Notes: generated by a model not told the origin, from the sequence alone. A stretch of DNA of 62,255 nt, filler included, from Dimargaris cristalligena (GCA_003614675.1; 14 parts of 14 records of this genome joined end to end with filler, not necessarily neighbours in it); one strand, 5' to 3'. Shown: positions 24,386 to 36,972, counted from the whole stretch's first letter. Made by a program: numbers and translations.

Positions 24386-26728
24386 TCACCAGGCCAAGAT
24401 GGCCTGACTCTCTTGGTCGCAATGGCCGCCATCGCCCAATTTCTCATCGACTGGTCGGGCAACCTTGGATTGGTCCGCACTTCCACAGCCGGCAAACTGC
24501 TCCGGATTATCGGAAATGGCGGCCCGGAATAGCTTGGAGCCATACTTGTTGTACATGGCCGTAACTCCGCCGCCGCTAAGCAGACGCTCCTCCATCTGCG
24601 AGAGAACAAATGGGAACTTTTTGTTGCCGATCGTCACGGTACGCTTAGCCACGTCTATGACCAACTCCGCTCCCTCCTGGGCCAGGGCGTAAAACTCGGG
24701 GTCCTTGAGAGTGATTCCGAGCAGGGACATGTTGGGCTGGTTGCGGGCGTAAATAAAGGCAAAGGACTTGGCAATAACCGCCTTAACACCGATGCTCTTG
24801 AGGGCGCGCGGGGCCTCCTCGCGCGACGACCCTGATCCGAACCCTTCGTCGGCGACCACAATGGTGGCACCCTGCTTCACACGCTCCCGAAATTCGGGCC
24901 GCACTAGACCGAAGCAGCCGTGGCCCAGCTCCTCCTCGTTGAAGGTCCCGCAGAATTGGGCGGGGATAATCTGGTCCGTGTCCACGTTATCGCCGAAGCG
25001 CTGGACCCGCCCGGAAATGGACGGCAGCGAGTGGGCTGCCGCGGGCGAGCTCGTGACCGAGGGGGACGCGGATCCGGGCGCCACGGGCCCTTCGGAAATG
25101 GCGGCGGGACTGGGCTCGGACACGGTGAGTCGCACCACGGGCTTTTCCATCCACAGATCGAGGGCCTTCTTCAGGCGGGTCAGGTCAATGGTGTTGAGGA
25201 GATCGGTGGGGTCGGTGACGGCCATGTCGAAACTGGAGGCCGCCACGGAGGCCGCGCTGGCTAGATTGGCGATACTGCCGGGGCCCATGCGATTCTTAAA
25301 ATTGCGGTTCTGCGAGCTCAGCCAGACTTCCCCGGCGAGGGCCTTGTCGGCGGCCATGGCGATGCAGTACGAGCAGCCCGGGGTGCCGATATCGAAACCG
25401 GCCTGTTCGTAAACCCGGAGCAAACCGAGGCGACGGAGTTTAGCCAGAATGGGCACCGATCCGGGGGTCACGCGGCGCTTACCGGTGGCCACAGGGACCT
25501 TGCCCAGCTTGAGCCCGGCCTCGAGCACCAGGGCCCCCAATACCAGATCCTCCTCGGCGGTGGTGCACGCCCCGATAAAGACGCCGTCCAACTTCATGTC
25601 CAACGTCTCGGTAATGGGCACCACGTTATCGGGCGACGGGTACAGGGCCACCAGAGGGGCAATATCGCCCAGGTCAATTACATGGGTCTCCACGTACTGA
25701 GCGTCGGGGTCGGCCCGGAAGTAGAGCGACGAGTTCTTATGTTCGGGGTTGGTGCGTTTGGCAATAAAGGCCGCCGTGGTTTCATCGGCCTCAAAGACCC
25801 CCGCAATACCACCAAACTCGGTGGTCATGTTGGCGATGGCGAACCGGGCGTCGCAGCTGAGGAAGTCCAGGCCCGGGCCGGTGTATTCCACGGCACGCTC
25901 CATGGCTACGGTATTCCGCTTGAGCTTGCCCAGCACGTAGAGGATAATATCCTTACCCCCCACGCCAAAGCGGGGCTTACCCTCGAAGCGGATGTTGATC
26001 GTCTCGGGTACCTTGAACCAGGTCTCGCCCGTGACCAGGGGCATAACGACGTCGGCCGCCCCCAGGCCAAGCGCAAACGCACCCACCGCCCCGGCCGAGC
26101 AAGTGTGGGAGTCGGCGCCAATGACAATCTGGCCCGGCTGGGCCCGCTCGCGGTAGAATTCGGTGTGGATGATGGTGTAGTTGGGGCGGTAATAGTCGAC
26201 CAGATTGACTTCCTTGGCGAAATCCTCAGACAGCTGCACCAGTTTCTGCACAAGGGGGCGGTCCATGGTGCGGGGGTCTACGGTGTGGTCGACGGCCAGC
26301 CAGAGACGGTCATTGCGGTTGACCCCGGGACGGCCCATCAGTTCATAAGTTTTGTTCATGCCGACCAGGGAGGCTTCGGAAGATACGGTCCACTCGACGC
26401 TTACGCACACCATGTCGCCGGGGGCCACGTGGCCCGGGGCGGGCAGGTTAATGGCATTATGGGCCAGAATCTTTTCGCAGATGGTCATGCCGCGGCGGCC
26501 GACCGGGCGCTGGAGCAACAGGGGCCGGACCAGGGAATCGTCGGCCGAATTGAGGCCATCCAACAAAGGGTGGAGGGCGCGGAGGACGGCATCGCCCATC
26601 TCCGTGGTACTGGCCCGGCCGCCCAAATCACGGGTCCGCACGTTGAAGCCGTGCAGCTCGACGTCGTCGTCGAGGGCTTTGCGGACGGCCTGCTCAACTG
26701 CATTGGCCTCGGCCTCCAGGCCCATGGT
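24386..26728 (-). CDS. Fusion: C-terminus of a beta-decarboxylating dehydrogenase (IDH/IPMDH family) + aconitase-family large subunit + small (swivel) subunit; 5' truncated
   Basis: First about 55 aa (A.AVEQAVRKAL...RTRDLGGRASTTEMGDAVL) are the IPMDH/IDH-family terminus. Then MTICEKILAH, DHT, GADSHTC, IGACTT, GCSYC, SQNRNF.NRMG, and small-subunit NVDTDQIIP, FGSGSSRE.A, AKSFA.IY.RN in one frame. Confidence 0.88.
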   Translation of the reverse strand, partial: TMGLEAEANAVEQAVRKALDDDVELHGFNVRTRDLGGRASTTEMGDAVLRALHPLLDGLNSADDSLVRPLLLQRPVGRRGMTICEKILAHNAINLPAPGHVAPGDMVCVSVEWTVSSEASLVGMNKTYELMGRPGVNRNDRLWLAVDHTVDPRTMDRPLVQKLVQLSEDFAKEVNLVDYYRPNYTIIHTEFYRERAQPGQIVIGADSHTCSAGAVGAFALGLGAADVVMPLVTGETWFKVPETINIRFEGKPRFGVGGKDIILYVLGKLKRNTVAMERAVEYTGPGLDFLSCDARFAIANMTTEFGGIAGVFEADETTAAFIAKRTNPEHKNSSLYFRADPDAQYVETHVIDLGDIAPLVALYPSPDNVVPITETLDMKLDGVFIGACTTAEEDLVLGALVLEAGLKLGKVPVATGKRRVTPGSVPILAKLRRLGLLRVYEQAGFDIGTPGCSYCIAMAADKALAGEVWLSSQNRNFKNRMGPGSIANLASAASVAASSFDMAVTDPTDLLNTIDLTRLKKALDLWMEKPVVRLTVSEPSPAAISEGPVAPGSASPSVTSSPAAAHSLPSISGRVQRFGDNVDTDQIIPAQFCGTFNEEELGHGCFGLVRPEFRERVKQGATIVVADEGFGSGSSREEAPRALKSIGVKAVIAKSFAFIYARNQPNMSLLGITLKDPEFYALAQEGAELVIDVAKRTVTIGNKKFPFVLSQMEERLLSGGGVTAMYNKYGSKLFRAAISDNPEQFAGCGSADQSKVARPVDEKLGDGGHCDQESQAILAW

Positions 26729-26828
26729 NNNNNNNNNNNNNNNNNNNNNNNNNNNNNNNNNNNNNNNNNNNNTTAATTAATTAANNNNNNNNNNNNNNNN
26801 NNNNNNNNNNNNNNNNNNNNNNNNNNNN

Positions 26829-28364
26829 ATCATTATCGCTGGCATCGCCGTTCGACCCCGATTTCGATTTCGACTCCAAGAGTTGGGGGTTGGTGAGAAG
26901 ATGGCCCTGGATAATGAAGTCAGCGCGCAGAATCCAGGAACGTTCCTCCTTCGGATACAGATGTGTCGTGAGTTCGGCGAGTTGCCCCACCTGCTGGGTG
27001 AGCTGCTCGACAAGTTCGGTCGTCAGAAATTCTGGCCAGGAGCCGACTTCCGCTTCGGATAGTTCGTCAAACCAGTCGGCCACTGCCATGCAGTATTCCG
27101 GTGACACGGCCGAAGTCGTCTGGGACTTGGCGTTGTTTTTCTGCATTTGCAACGCCAGGCCTATCCAGTGCAGCAGGACCCGGCAGATGAACGTGCGCAG
27201 GTGGGTCTCGGTAGTGGCGAACAGTTTCGGAACCAGTGACCGGTGGGCGGCGAGAAACATACCGGCGGTTCCCAGACGTACCACAGCACTGTCCAGTTGG
27301 GCAATGTACTGGGCCAGGGCGTCGACGTAGGCGGGGGTGTCTACATCCACCCCGACCAGCTGGCGCTCGGCTAGAAGGCTAAAGGTACGGCCCTCGTTGG
27401 GAAAATCCTTTTCGATGGAGGTGTATATGTCATCCAGCACGACAGGGAAGCGGGGAAAGAGCTGGGCGATGCGAATCAGGGCCACCCGGAACTCCAGGTC
27501 GTCGGGGATTTGTTGGATGGCGTTCTGGAGCACCAGACGGGGGATCGCGCCCTGCTTAAAGTCGTCAGTGTTACCCGCGACGGCCTCGTTCACTTGTTCG
27601 TTAACCTCCTGGGCCATGGTGTCCTCGGTCTCGTTATCCTGCCCATCCTCGGTCATTTCCACCGATGCAGCAGTGACATCTTCCGCGCTCTTTTCCTTTT
27701 CGATAATCTCCCGGAGGGTTTCCCGCTGGGTGAAACGCTCAACGTAGAGCAACTCCAGCTTGAAGTACTCTTGCCAAATGTTCTTGGCCTCGGGATTAAT
27801 CCGGATCGCCCGGAGAAAGATGCGGCGGGCGCCCATGGGGTCGTCAATGTTGGCGTACTGCCAGGCCCCCGCCTGGATCCAGAGCTGACTGGAGCAGGGA
27901 TTTTTAACAATGGCTTCGGAAAAGAGAGCGGGGAGTTCATGCGCATCGCCGAAACTTTCGATGATGGCAATGTACTGGAGCCACAGGGTCACGTCGGTGG
28001 GGTAGCGACTCAATATGCGGCGAAAGAGGGAGCGGATCCGACGCCCCTGAGTTTGTTCGAGAAACCGGCGCACCTCCTTTTTCTGATTGGCCTGGGCCCG
28101 GGAATGGTGGGATTTGGGGGATTCATCAATCTCCCCGTACACCCGCTCGAAGCGCGACCAGCGTAGCTCGCCCAAGCGCAGCTCGTATTCAATGTAGCGC
28201 AGGAAATCCAGCTTGGATGTGATACCGCTCTGCAACAGGTTCTCGAAGTAGGCGCGCTTCTTAACCACGGCCTTGACTTCGTCGGCGCTAAATATATCGA
28301 AGCGCTGGTAGGCCCGGAATTCGGGGGCCTGGCTTTCCAGGTGGCGGGTAGCGGTGAACGACAT
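26829..28364 (-). CDS. UTP6: U3 snoRNA-associated protein Utp6 (HAT repeats), 3' truncated
   Basis: LE...PE......IFS.DEVKAVVKKR..FE, DFLRYIEYE.L, LWLQYI, ARRIFLRAIRINP...IWQEYFKLEL. Confidence 0.88.
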
Positions 28365-28991
28365 GGCTACGGCGCAGGTCGCGAATAGGTTAGGCGGTAC
28401 AGGTCACTGGAACGGGGGGGTACTGGGAGTCTAACAAAGCCAGGCGGCAGCTGGTCGAGAGTGGGCAGTCGTAATTAAGCGAAATCGGCGTAATTTAAAC
28501 AGGCAATAGGCTGGGGCAATGGCAATGCTCGACTTGAAAAGTGAACGGGAATCAGCTTGAGTAGGGAGGGCAAGGCATTAGAAGCTCGACTGGGAGTCGT
28601 ATTGGTGGGATAGATAGCAAGCACTCCAACAAGCTAAAGCAGCTTCATTGGTTTTCGTAATTTTATTGCTTTAATTTTTTTTAATCGTCCGAAAAAAAAT
28701 AGGCAGGTGGGGAATTATTTATGGGTCATGGGAAAAGATTTAGTAGGATAGATTGGTCGATATCCCTGAAAACCATTCAATCATCATCACTCATAATAAA
28801 TGATGAGTAAAAGTATACAGTAGGGGAATGTGGGAGACAACAAAGCCCAGGTCCTTCGTTCAGGGTGACGAATGGGGACCACGTCTCCGAAACGACTTGG
28901 CCCAAACCCAGCCCATGTACAGTACTGAGCCAAACTAACTCCCCCGTTACCTTGTTTTAGCCCTCCATTCCCCCCACTCTTCCCCTTTTCC

Positions 28992-31150
28992 ATGCCCGAC
29001 GTAGTGCAGGAGCCCCCCCAATCCACCCTAGGGTACCTCTATGAAACCTACATTCCTCGCATTGAGGCCTTTGTACGGTCCCCGGGCGACTCCCGGACTC
29101 CGACAGGACTAGTCGGTGAATATGCCACCGTCCTAGGCCGCCTCATCACCGTGCTGGACCGGACTCTACGCGCCGCCTCCGGTCCCCACTCTGCTGGCCC
29201 CACGGAGCACCTGGCGCATTCTCTCCACCAAACCCTTCGCGTAGGGGCTGGCTTTATAACCGCCGCTAGCCAGCGCGACTCCCAAATGCCCACGGCCTGT
29301 TACCGGGCCCTCTTGGTGGCCCTGGTTGCCCTGCTGTGTGGTCCCACGGTGGGTGCTCGCCCGGAGCTTCGTATAACCACCTACCACTGTATTCGGTCCC
29401 TCCTTGAACTAGGCCTCCGGATAAGGTCATCTGCATCCCATGCTGCTTCATTTATTCTGGCCGTTGATACCCCGTCCACCCTGGAGCTCCTATTTTTATT
29501 GAGCCACCAGTGTCTCGAAGCTCTCGCTAGTGAGGACGGCCCGCCCGAGCTCCGGGAGGCAGGGGCCGGCGTCCTTTGGCTGATTGTGGACGGCGTATTT
29601 CACCAACACAGAGATCTTTTGCTTAACCTTTTACCAGGAGTACTGTCCTGTATTTGCCGACTCCTCCAGCGCCCCTCTGTCATTACCGGACCAAGCACCT
29701 ATTTAGCGCAACTCATCGACATCACCCGCGTCTTGATAAAGGCGACCTTGGCGGATCAGCCAAATCAACAATGGATTACTCGGACTGAACCCACCTGGTC
29801 GGTTCTACACGGCCGGCAAACGACGGCGGAAGATAAAACAGCGCCCGAAATCAAACAATCTCGGCAACCTACCGCTGGTCCTGGCCAATCACGGAGCGGC
29901 CCTCCTCTTATCCACCGGGATGCTACTTGGTGGACCCAAACTCGGCCACGGGTGCAGTCTTGCTTAAGCATCATTATGGGCCTCCGACACCATGCCCACT
30001 GGCGGGTCCGGGCGGCGGTGGCTACTTTCGCCGCCGACATCTTGACCCATTGCTTAGTAACTCTACAAGGGGGCCTAGCCGACCTTCTCGAGACTTGTGT
30101 GGACCTCACCGCCGACCCACTGTCCGAGGTCCACTCCCCCAGCCAAGCCATTTTAACCACCCTCACCGAGCGCTGTGCCTCCGATCCGCTGGCCCACCAG
30201 CTGGTACATGAAGAGTTGGGGCGTATTGTGGGCCGGATACGCGCCAGCCCCTCCTTAAGTCTAGCCACGGGGACCCTCCCTGACCCCACTGAAGGTGCAT
30301 CGCAGGGGGGCGTTTCGTCTTTTGCCAACGATCTATCCCAAATTACCGACGGAAGCGCCCAGCTATCGATTACCTCGAGCACTAATGATGCCGGCCTACG
30401 GCGCTATGCCCAATCATCGGCCCGCGAAGTGATCCGTTATATGAAGGTGGCTACTGCATTTGCACCAGTCTTGCACTCAACGGGCCGGTTTTCCGACGTG
30501 GATCTTCTGGAGCAGTGGATCACTGCCATTGTGGCCAATATCCCCTTGGATGAACGAACTCCGGGATCTGCCGTTCCCCTCAAAATTGAAGCCAGTCCCT
30601 CCTCCTCTACTGGTGGCGGTGGTACACCGAATATGCCACTGAACCAATTGTCGCCAGCTGATGTATTGACGCAGTTTTGTCAATCAACTGACCAACTACT
30701 TGAAGGGGCGGCCTTGGCTGGCTATCGCGAAGCGCGTCAGTTTGTCACAGCCCTTGACCGTTATCTAGAACACTGTCTCGCCACCCAATCATCCCAACTC
30801 CTCCAACTGATTGTAGTTCGAATGGCACCCATTTTAGTGGATTCGTCCACTAGTGAACCGACTCTGACCATGGAGCGGGCCCAAAATATGTTTTTCATTA
30901 ACCGATTTTTACGCGCCCTGGCGCATAGTTCCGTCGCCCAGCGTCCTAACTTTCGTTCACTAATTGACATTTTAGAGGCCTATACGAAATTGATTACAGA
31001 TCAGCCCGAAAACGAGGGCTCGCGGTTGGAAACTGGCTCGACCCATTGCTCCCTTCAAGAGAACAACTCGACCATAACTAGGCTACCGCTAGCGTCGTCC
31101 GAACGGGGGAACCCTGTTGGGGATGTGGTATGTTGTCTGGCATTTGAGGG
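28992..31150 (+). CDS. TTI1: TEL2-interacting protein Tti1-like (ARM/HEAT), partial
   Basis: 730-aa helical ORF; LPGVLS, HRDATWW..T, H.HWRVR, L.HC..TL...L.DLLE.CV.L..D, CLAFEG resemble Tti1. Divergent from UTP6. Last about 10 codons of the ORF look foreign. Confidence 0.72.
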
Positions 31151-31307
31151 CCAGGGGTCACTAGGTGCAAGAAAAAAGATGTAGAGAAAGGTCAAGAAAT
31201 GGAACAANNNNNNNNNNNNNNNNNNNNNNNNNNNNNNNNNNNNNNNNNNNNTTAATTAATTAANNNNNNNNNNNNNNNNNNNNNNNNNNNNNNNNNNNNN
31301 NNNNNNN

Positions 31308-31411
31308 CTGCCACCTCTTGGAACAGCAAGTCTATCATCACCTTTCCCTTCTTATCATCTATTTTTTTAAATAAAGTTCCGTTTTTAAGGATTTAAATTT
31401 AGTTCTTTACA
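31308..31411 (+). mobile_element. LTR family A, 3' end
   Basis: Same AATAAAGTTC...TTCTTTACA terminus as other family A copies. Confidence 0.75.
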
Positions 31412-34400
31412 ATGGGAACTCATTCACAATCTGATGGGTTGTAACCTATAATCTAACTGTAAATATAAGATGGAGAAGCTCACTTGGGACTCCAAAACTG
31501 AGTACCTATACCATTTTACACAAGTACTCACCCTTGGATAATAAGGTGGTATCAACTAAACTAAGATTCACCACTACCTCCTCCATATCCTTAAAGAATC
31601 TTAGTATAAAGACTTACTTTACAAAGATACACTGAGTGGTACAACCTGTATGGATCAGTCCTGTACCACCTAAAGTAAGAGTTATTTGAACTCTAATACA
31701 AAAGGAGCCACAACAACTCAAGACATGATTAATTCTGGCCAAATATATCTGCAGCCCTACAAAACTACTGTTCTCCAAGTACCCCCTAAAGGCAGGAAAC
31801 TTCTAACTGAGTAACAAACCCTACCCCCCAAAGTCCAACATGTGCTTTATCTTTGGTAATGTTGGCTACTTCACCTTACTGTATTCAAAGAACAAAAACC
31901 CTAAAGTTAATGAGGCTCACATAGAACTTGAAAAGGCACTAGCAGAATCTGAATTTCAGCCAACTGATAATAAACTATATGCCTTGGACTATTCCAACCT
32001 GGAGGATGCCACCATAGGTGCCGTTGAAGCTCCCCAAATTAGTGGACAATACCTCCTTAAGGTACTAGTTAATAGCTAACCCCAGGAGGCATACCTGGAT
32101 ACTGGTACCTGAAGGTGCCAAGGAAGTTCCCCCAGTTGGAACTGGCTATATCACCCTCAGAGATAAGAGCCATACCTGAGTGAACTGCTATGTGGAACTC
32201 CAAGTTACTGTGGGTACCCTGGTCATACCAGTAATTATAGCCATACTCCCCAAAGGAATTTTCCTCCTTGGGACTAATTGGGCTAAATTGGCCCAACTGG
32301 TCATTAATATTAAACACCAGGTCATAAGTCTGGGGTACCAGGAGACCCCCCTGTGGGTTCTCCAGCCCACTATTATTACACCTTAGGCCATAGTTCCCAT
32401 TAAGGTCCTGGCTAATGGACCTGTCCCTACTACCATATTTATCCACATAATCAGCAGTAGTCTAACATATACTATCCCTAGACTTGTCTAGTTCAAATAG
32501 CAAGATACATGGATTCTGGTGGGTAACCCTACTACTGAGCTCATTATTCTCATGCTAGAGACCTGGGTTAGTATAGTCACCACAGACCCTGATACTAGCA
32601 ATATGGATAACACACCTTGGAACTGACCTTACCAAAAGTGAAAGTCTTTCAATCTGCCAAGTTATCCAGGACCACAGGTTATTTACAACTAACCCAAAGA
32701 AACCTATGATCATGTACAGTATAACCCATTAGATCAACCTGCTGGATGTAACCCCAATCTGGAGCCAAGCCCACCAGACCCCCTGGCCCAAGAAAGTCAA
32801 ACTCCAGTAGGTTGCAGAGATACTTAAGAATGTAATTATCTAACCCTGCAAGAGTGCCTGGGCCAGCCCTATTACCCCCATCCTCAAGAAGGATGGAACA
32901 ACCCAGTTCTGTATTAATTTCCACAAACTTAACAAGGTCACCCACAAAGATACCTACCCTTTGCCCAGCATCAAAGAAGCCCTCAACCATTTAGTAATGG
33001 CCTCTTACTTCTCTATACTTAATCTAGTATTGGGATACTGGCAGATTCTGATAGAACCAGCTAGTGTGGAAAAGATAGTATTCACCACCAGTGACACCCT
33101 GTATAAATTCATAGTTAAGCTGTTTGGCCTGTGCAATACTATGGCCACCTTCCAATGACTCATAAATAAAGTACTACAGAAATACCTTAATATATGCTGC
33201 CTTATCTATCTGGACAATGTGATTATCTTTTTGCAGAATGCTGAGAGCCACTACAAAGACCTACAACTAGTCCTAGACACCCTCCACAAGCATAGGTTAC
33301 AGCTCAAATAAAGCAAATGCCTGTTCAGGGCTCAGAAAGTCCCCTATCTGGGCCACATTATTACCTGTGATGGTGTCCAGTCCAGCCCTGATAAAATCAT
33401 GACTATTGAAAACATGCCCATACCCACCACTGTTAAGGACATCCAGAGCTTCCTTAGCCTAGCCTTGTACTATTGATAGTTTATCCAGAAATTTGCAGTA
33501 TGGTCTACAGCCCTCTGTGGGCTCATCAAGAAGGATATCCCCTTCCTATGGACTGCCAAAGAACAGGCAGAGTTTGACAATCTCTGAAAATGCCTATCTG
33601 GGAACCTAATCCTATGATACCCCAACTTTGCTAAGATATTTATTATCCAAACCAATACCTTGAATACCAGTATAGGCACTATACTCACACAAGGGGAGGA
33701 AGGGTACAAACATATTGTTGCATATGCCAGTACACAGCTAGATCTGGCACAGAAGAACTACTCAGTTACTAAATGTGAGTGCCTGGCAATCCTATTTACC
33801 CTGAAAAAATTCTGACTATACCTGTATAGATAGTATTTTACTATCAAAATAGACCATGCACCACTGCAGTGGCTCTACTCCACCACCCCACACTCAGGTT
33901 GACTTGAATATTGGTACCTGACCCTGCAAGAATATGACTTTATAGTCCACCACTGTCCCAGCCAAGTCCACAGTAATGCTGATAGACTATCCCACCTAGC
34001 CACCCCCCCAAGTAGTAGACCTACAGGGTGAACCCCTGGTCAGCTGCCTCAACCTCAAAGCTGGTACCCCCATATTTGTCATCCAATGCCACCACCCACA
34101 GGCAGTCATACTAATACAGGCCACCCCTGGTTCTGCAGGTTATAACCTAGCATGTATCACCAAGTTTAACCTTACCCCCTACTAATGCACTAAAGTAGCC
34201 ACAGGCTGGGCCTTACAAATGGAACCCCTTATGGTAGCCCTTGTAAAAGAATGCAGTTCCCTTGGACTGTACAGCATTGCCATCCATGGCAGAGCTATTG
34301 ATGCTGATTTCTGGGGCAAAATCCAAGTACCAATGTACAACCTCATAGCTGAATTGCTCCAATTCCAACTAGGGGATCACATCACCCAACTAGTCTTCCA

Positions 34401-35595
34401 GTAATACAAGTCCCCCCTCCTTATGGAGACCACCACCCTGAGTGAAACAGAATGCAGCCCCTCTGGCTTTGGGTCCACCAATGTCTAGCCCACTATCCTG
34501 GCTGTCACTGTCCCCCTAGCCCAGATGCTCCAGGACTAATTAGCTAACCCCAATGTAAAGAGCCTGCATGACCACATAGAAGATTACATATTACACAAGT
34601 TCTGCAGAAAGAACTAAACCTTCATACTCAAAGACCACTGCTGTACCAACAAGGCCCTGGTGGACAGGACCACCTAGTCCTACCCAAGTCCCACTGAGCC
34701 ATGGCCATTGACACCACCCATTGCAGACCCAGTACCAGCTACCTTAGTGTAGAAATAGTCCTACACTGTTTCTGCCAAACTATATACTGGCCCTCCATAG
34801 ACAAGGTCATTAAGGAATACATGCACAGCTGCAAAACTTATCAGTACCACCAATAGGCCCTCCAACTGCCTACTCAACTGGTGACCCCCCTCACTGGTCC
34901 CCTGGACTACCTGGGTATCAATATCATTAGCCCCTTTAACATTATCCATAATGGTAACAAGTTTACCATTGTCACTGTAGACTACTTCACCCATTGGCCC
35001 TTTACATACACTGTCCCAAATATCACAGCCCAAGTAGTCATTCAGTTCCTTATCAAAGATGTAATCAGCATATATAGCTGTCCCTGGATCCTCATCTCTG
35101 ACTGCAGCAAGCAATTTACTGCTAGCATCCTCCAGCAGACCCTATGACTTTTGGGAGTAGATCAATATATAGCTATCCCATACCACCCCCAGAGTAATAG
35201 AGCTATAGAACACCTCAATGGTACCCTCAAGCACATAATCTCCAAATATTCTTTAGGTGATAACCCCCAATAAGACTAACACCTTACCCTGCACCTATTT
35301 GCCTACTGCATAGCCTACATCCATATTATTGCCAATACACCCTTTATTTAATGTATGGCCATGACCCACATATACCCATCAATGTTACCCTAAATGCCAA
35401 ACCTGATACTTTACAAGCCTCCACAGGCTCTACCTGTCAACAAGCTATGCAACTGACTCAGCAAAGCTTACCAATGGGTCTGCTATAAGCCAGGTCCTAA
35501 ACCCACTGACCCCATATAGTACTACATCAGAGACTGTATCCTAGTCTAGGTCCCCCATAGGCCCCTGTCCCTACAGGCTCCCTTCAAAGGCCCCA
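31412..35595 (+). mobile_element. Heavily decayed Ty3/gypsy retrotransposon: gag(CCHC)-PR-RT-RNaseH-dUTPase-IN
   Basis: Degenerate knuckle CFIFGNVGY (31843), YLDTG (about 32092), SAWASP..PILKKDG, YPLPSI, FGLCN.MATFQ, YLDN (about 33206), RNase H to NADRLS (about 33995), dUTPase about 34075..34485, integrase VDYFTHW/LISD/YHPQSN. Many stops. Confidence 0.92.
34075..34485 (+). pseudogene. Retrotransposon dUTPase domain between RNase H and integrase
   Basis: ATPGSAGYNL, ECSSLG, RAIDADFWG, GDHITQL, TECSPSGFGST: all five trimeric dUTPase motifs, altered by transitions. Confidence 0.88.
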
Positions 35596-35680
35596 TGTAA
35601 AGAACTGAAATCAAATTCTTGAAAACTGAACTTTATTTGAAAAGATAGATAATAAAAGGGAAAGGTGATGATAGACTTGC
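35596..35680 (-). mobile_element. LTR family A end, antisense to the gypsy element (nested insertion)
   Basis: TGTAAAGAACTGAAATC... is the reverse complement of the family A 3' end. Confidence 0.75.
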
Positions 35681-35780
35681 NNNNNNNNNNNNNNNNNNNN
35701 NNNNNNNNNNNNNNNNNNNNNNNNTTAATTAATTAANNNNNNNNNNNNNNNNNNNNNNNNNNNNNNNNNNNNNNNNNNNN

Positions 35781-35832
35781 TTGGGCGAATCTAATGGATT
35801 TTTCGTTATACAGCTTGGATGAACTTCTCCCA
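35781..35832. mobile_element. MITE terminus followed by TA, cut by contig start
   Basis: ...TTATACAGCTTGGATGAACTTCTCCCA|TA; same family as 12478 and 44360. Confidence 0.8.
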
Positions 35833-36972
35833 TATAATATTGATTTCATGGAGATAGGGGGAATAGTAAACCGGCATGACTATCCACTGGGGTTACACTG
35901 TATTGAGGCGCGGTTGAAGTAGACGGACAGGGAGGATATGGCGAATGCGGTGGGTATGGCAGAGGGTTACTCTATATGGTGTGTCGAGCATAGCAATAAT
36001 TAATTGAGCAAAAGGGTAGTATATTGGAAAGGCGATCCTAGCGGGCCGTTTCTTAAAAGAAGGGAATGGGGGAGTATATTATATACGAAACATATATGGG
36101 CGATCTGAATGGTAAACTACGGGCAAAAATCAATGCAGCTATCCAACAAAAGATTCACTGACAGGTCGGGTCATATTGACGCTAAAGAAATATAGTAGAT
36201 TCTTGTCACCTCCCGTTTCATCCAAGCCTTATGCGGCTCTGGGTTGGCCTACCCTCCTATGAAGAGAGGGGAGGGGAAAATGGAGTGAGCCAACAACCCA
36301 TGTTGTCAGGCAACGAAAGCGAAGCGAGAGAATATATTATATACGCAGTCCAACGATTTCTTTGAGATACAGCAATCCAAAAGGTATTACAAGGACTTGT
36401 CCCCAATTTTGAATCCCAAACCCCATTATACTAAATGATTGAGGAATATTGGGTGGTTGATCTTATTCATGGCTTGCATTGGCAATCTACGGTAGTTGAG
36501 CTAAATTTGTCTTCCGCTAGGTGGTTTGGCCCGAAAACAGGGGTGGGTGGAAATGAGTGAATGGGCGACCCCTCCGACCCTGAAAAACGGGAGGCTAGTT
36601 GTAGACCATGGAAATATAAATTCCTTTAATATATCCTGTGGACAAAGGTAGAGTAGGAAAGGGCAGGTAGATGCTCGCTAACTTGCAGTGGCTGTTCACC
36701 GGGTATAGTTCGGGAATAATCCCTTGGAATCATAGGCAGGATGCCCCACGGTCGAATGTGTTTAAAGTAGCCAAAGGACAGCATAAGGTACCCTTCGTTC
36801 GGTCTGGCCACCCGACTGCTTGGTAACCATATAAATACCCCAGGCGACACCTCGTTTCTAATCAATATCGCCTTCTCATCCATCGTACTTCACATCTGCA
36901 CTTCCATTGCCCTTTTCTGCCCTACATTTTTGATTTCATTATAACCCGTCCATCCTTCCAACTACTCGCACT

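Noticed and set aside
25682..26776. Long antisense ORFs (364 aa here; also 13545..14474, 27510..28166, 17135..17755, 39415..40029)
   Set aside because: Shadow frames of GC-rich real genes; no independent motifs.
31308..35680. Family A repeats at both ends in inverted orientation, suggesting a DIRS-like or TIR-bounded retroelement
   Set aside because: The internal region is ordinary gypsy with DDE integrase; family A ends also occur at unrelated contig ends (22061, 22348), so nested LTR insertions that broke the assembly are simpler.
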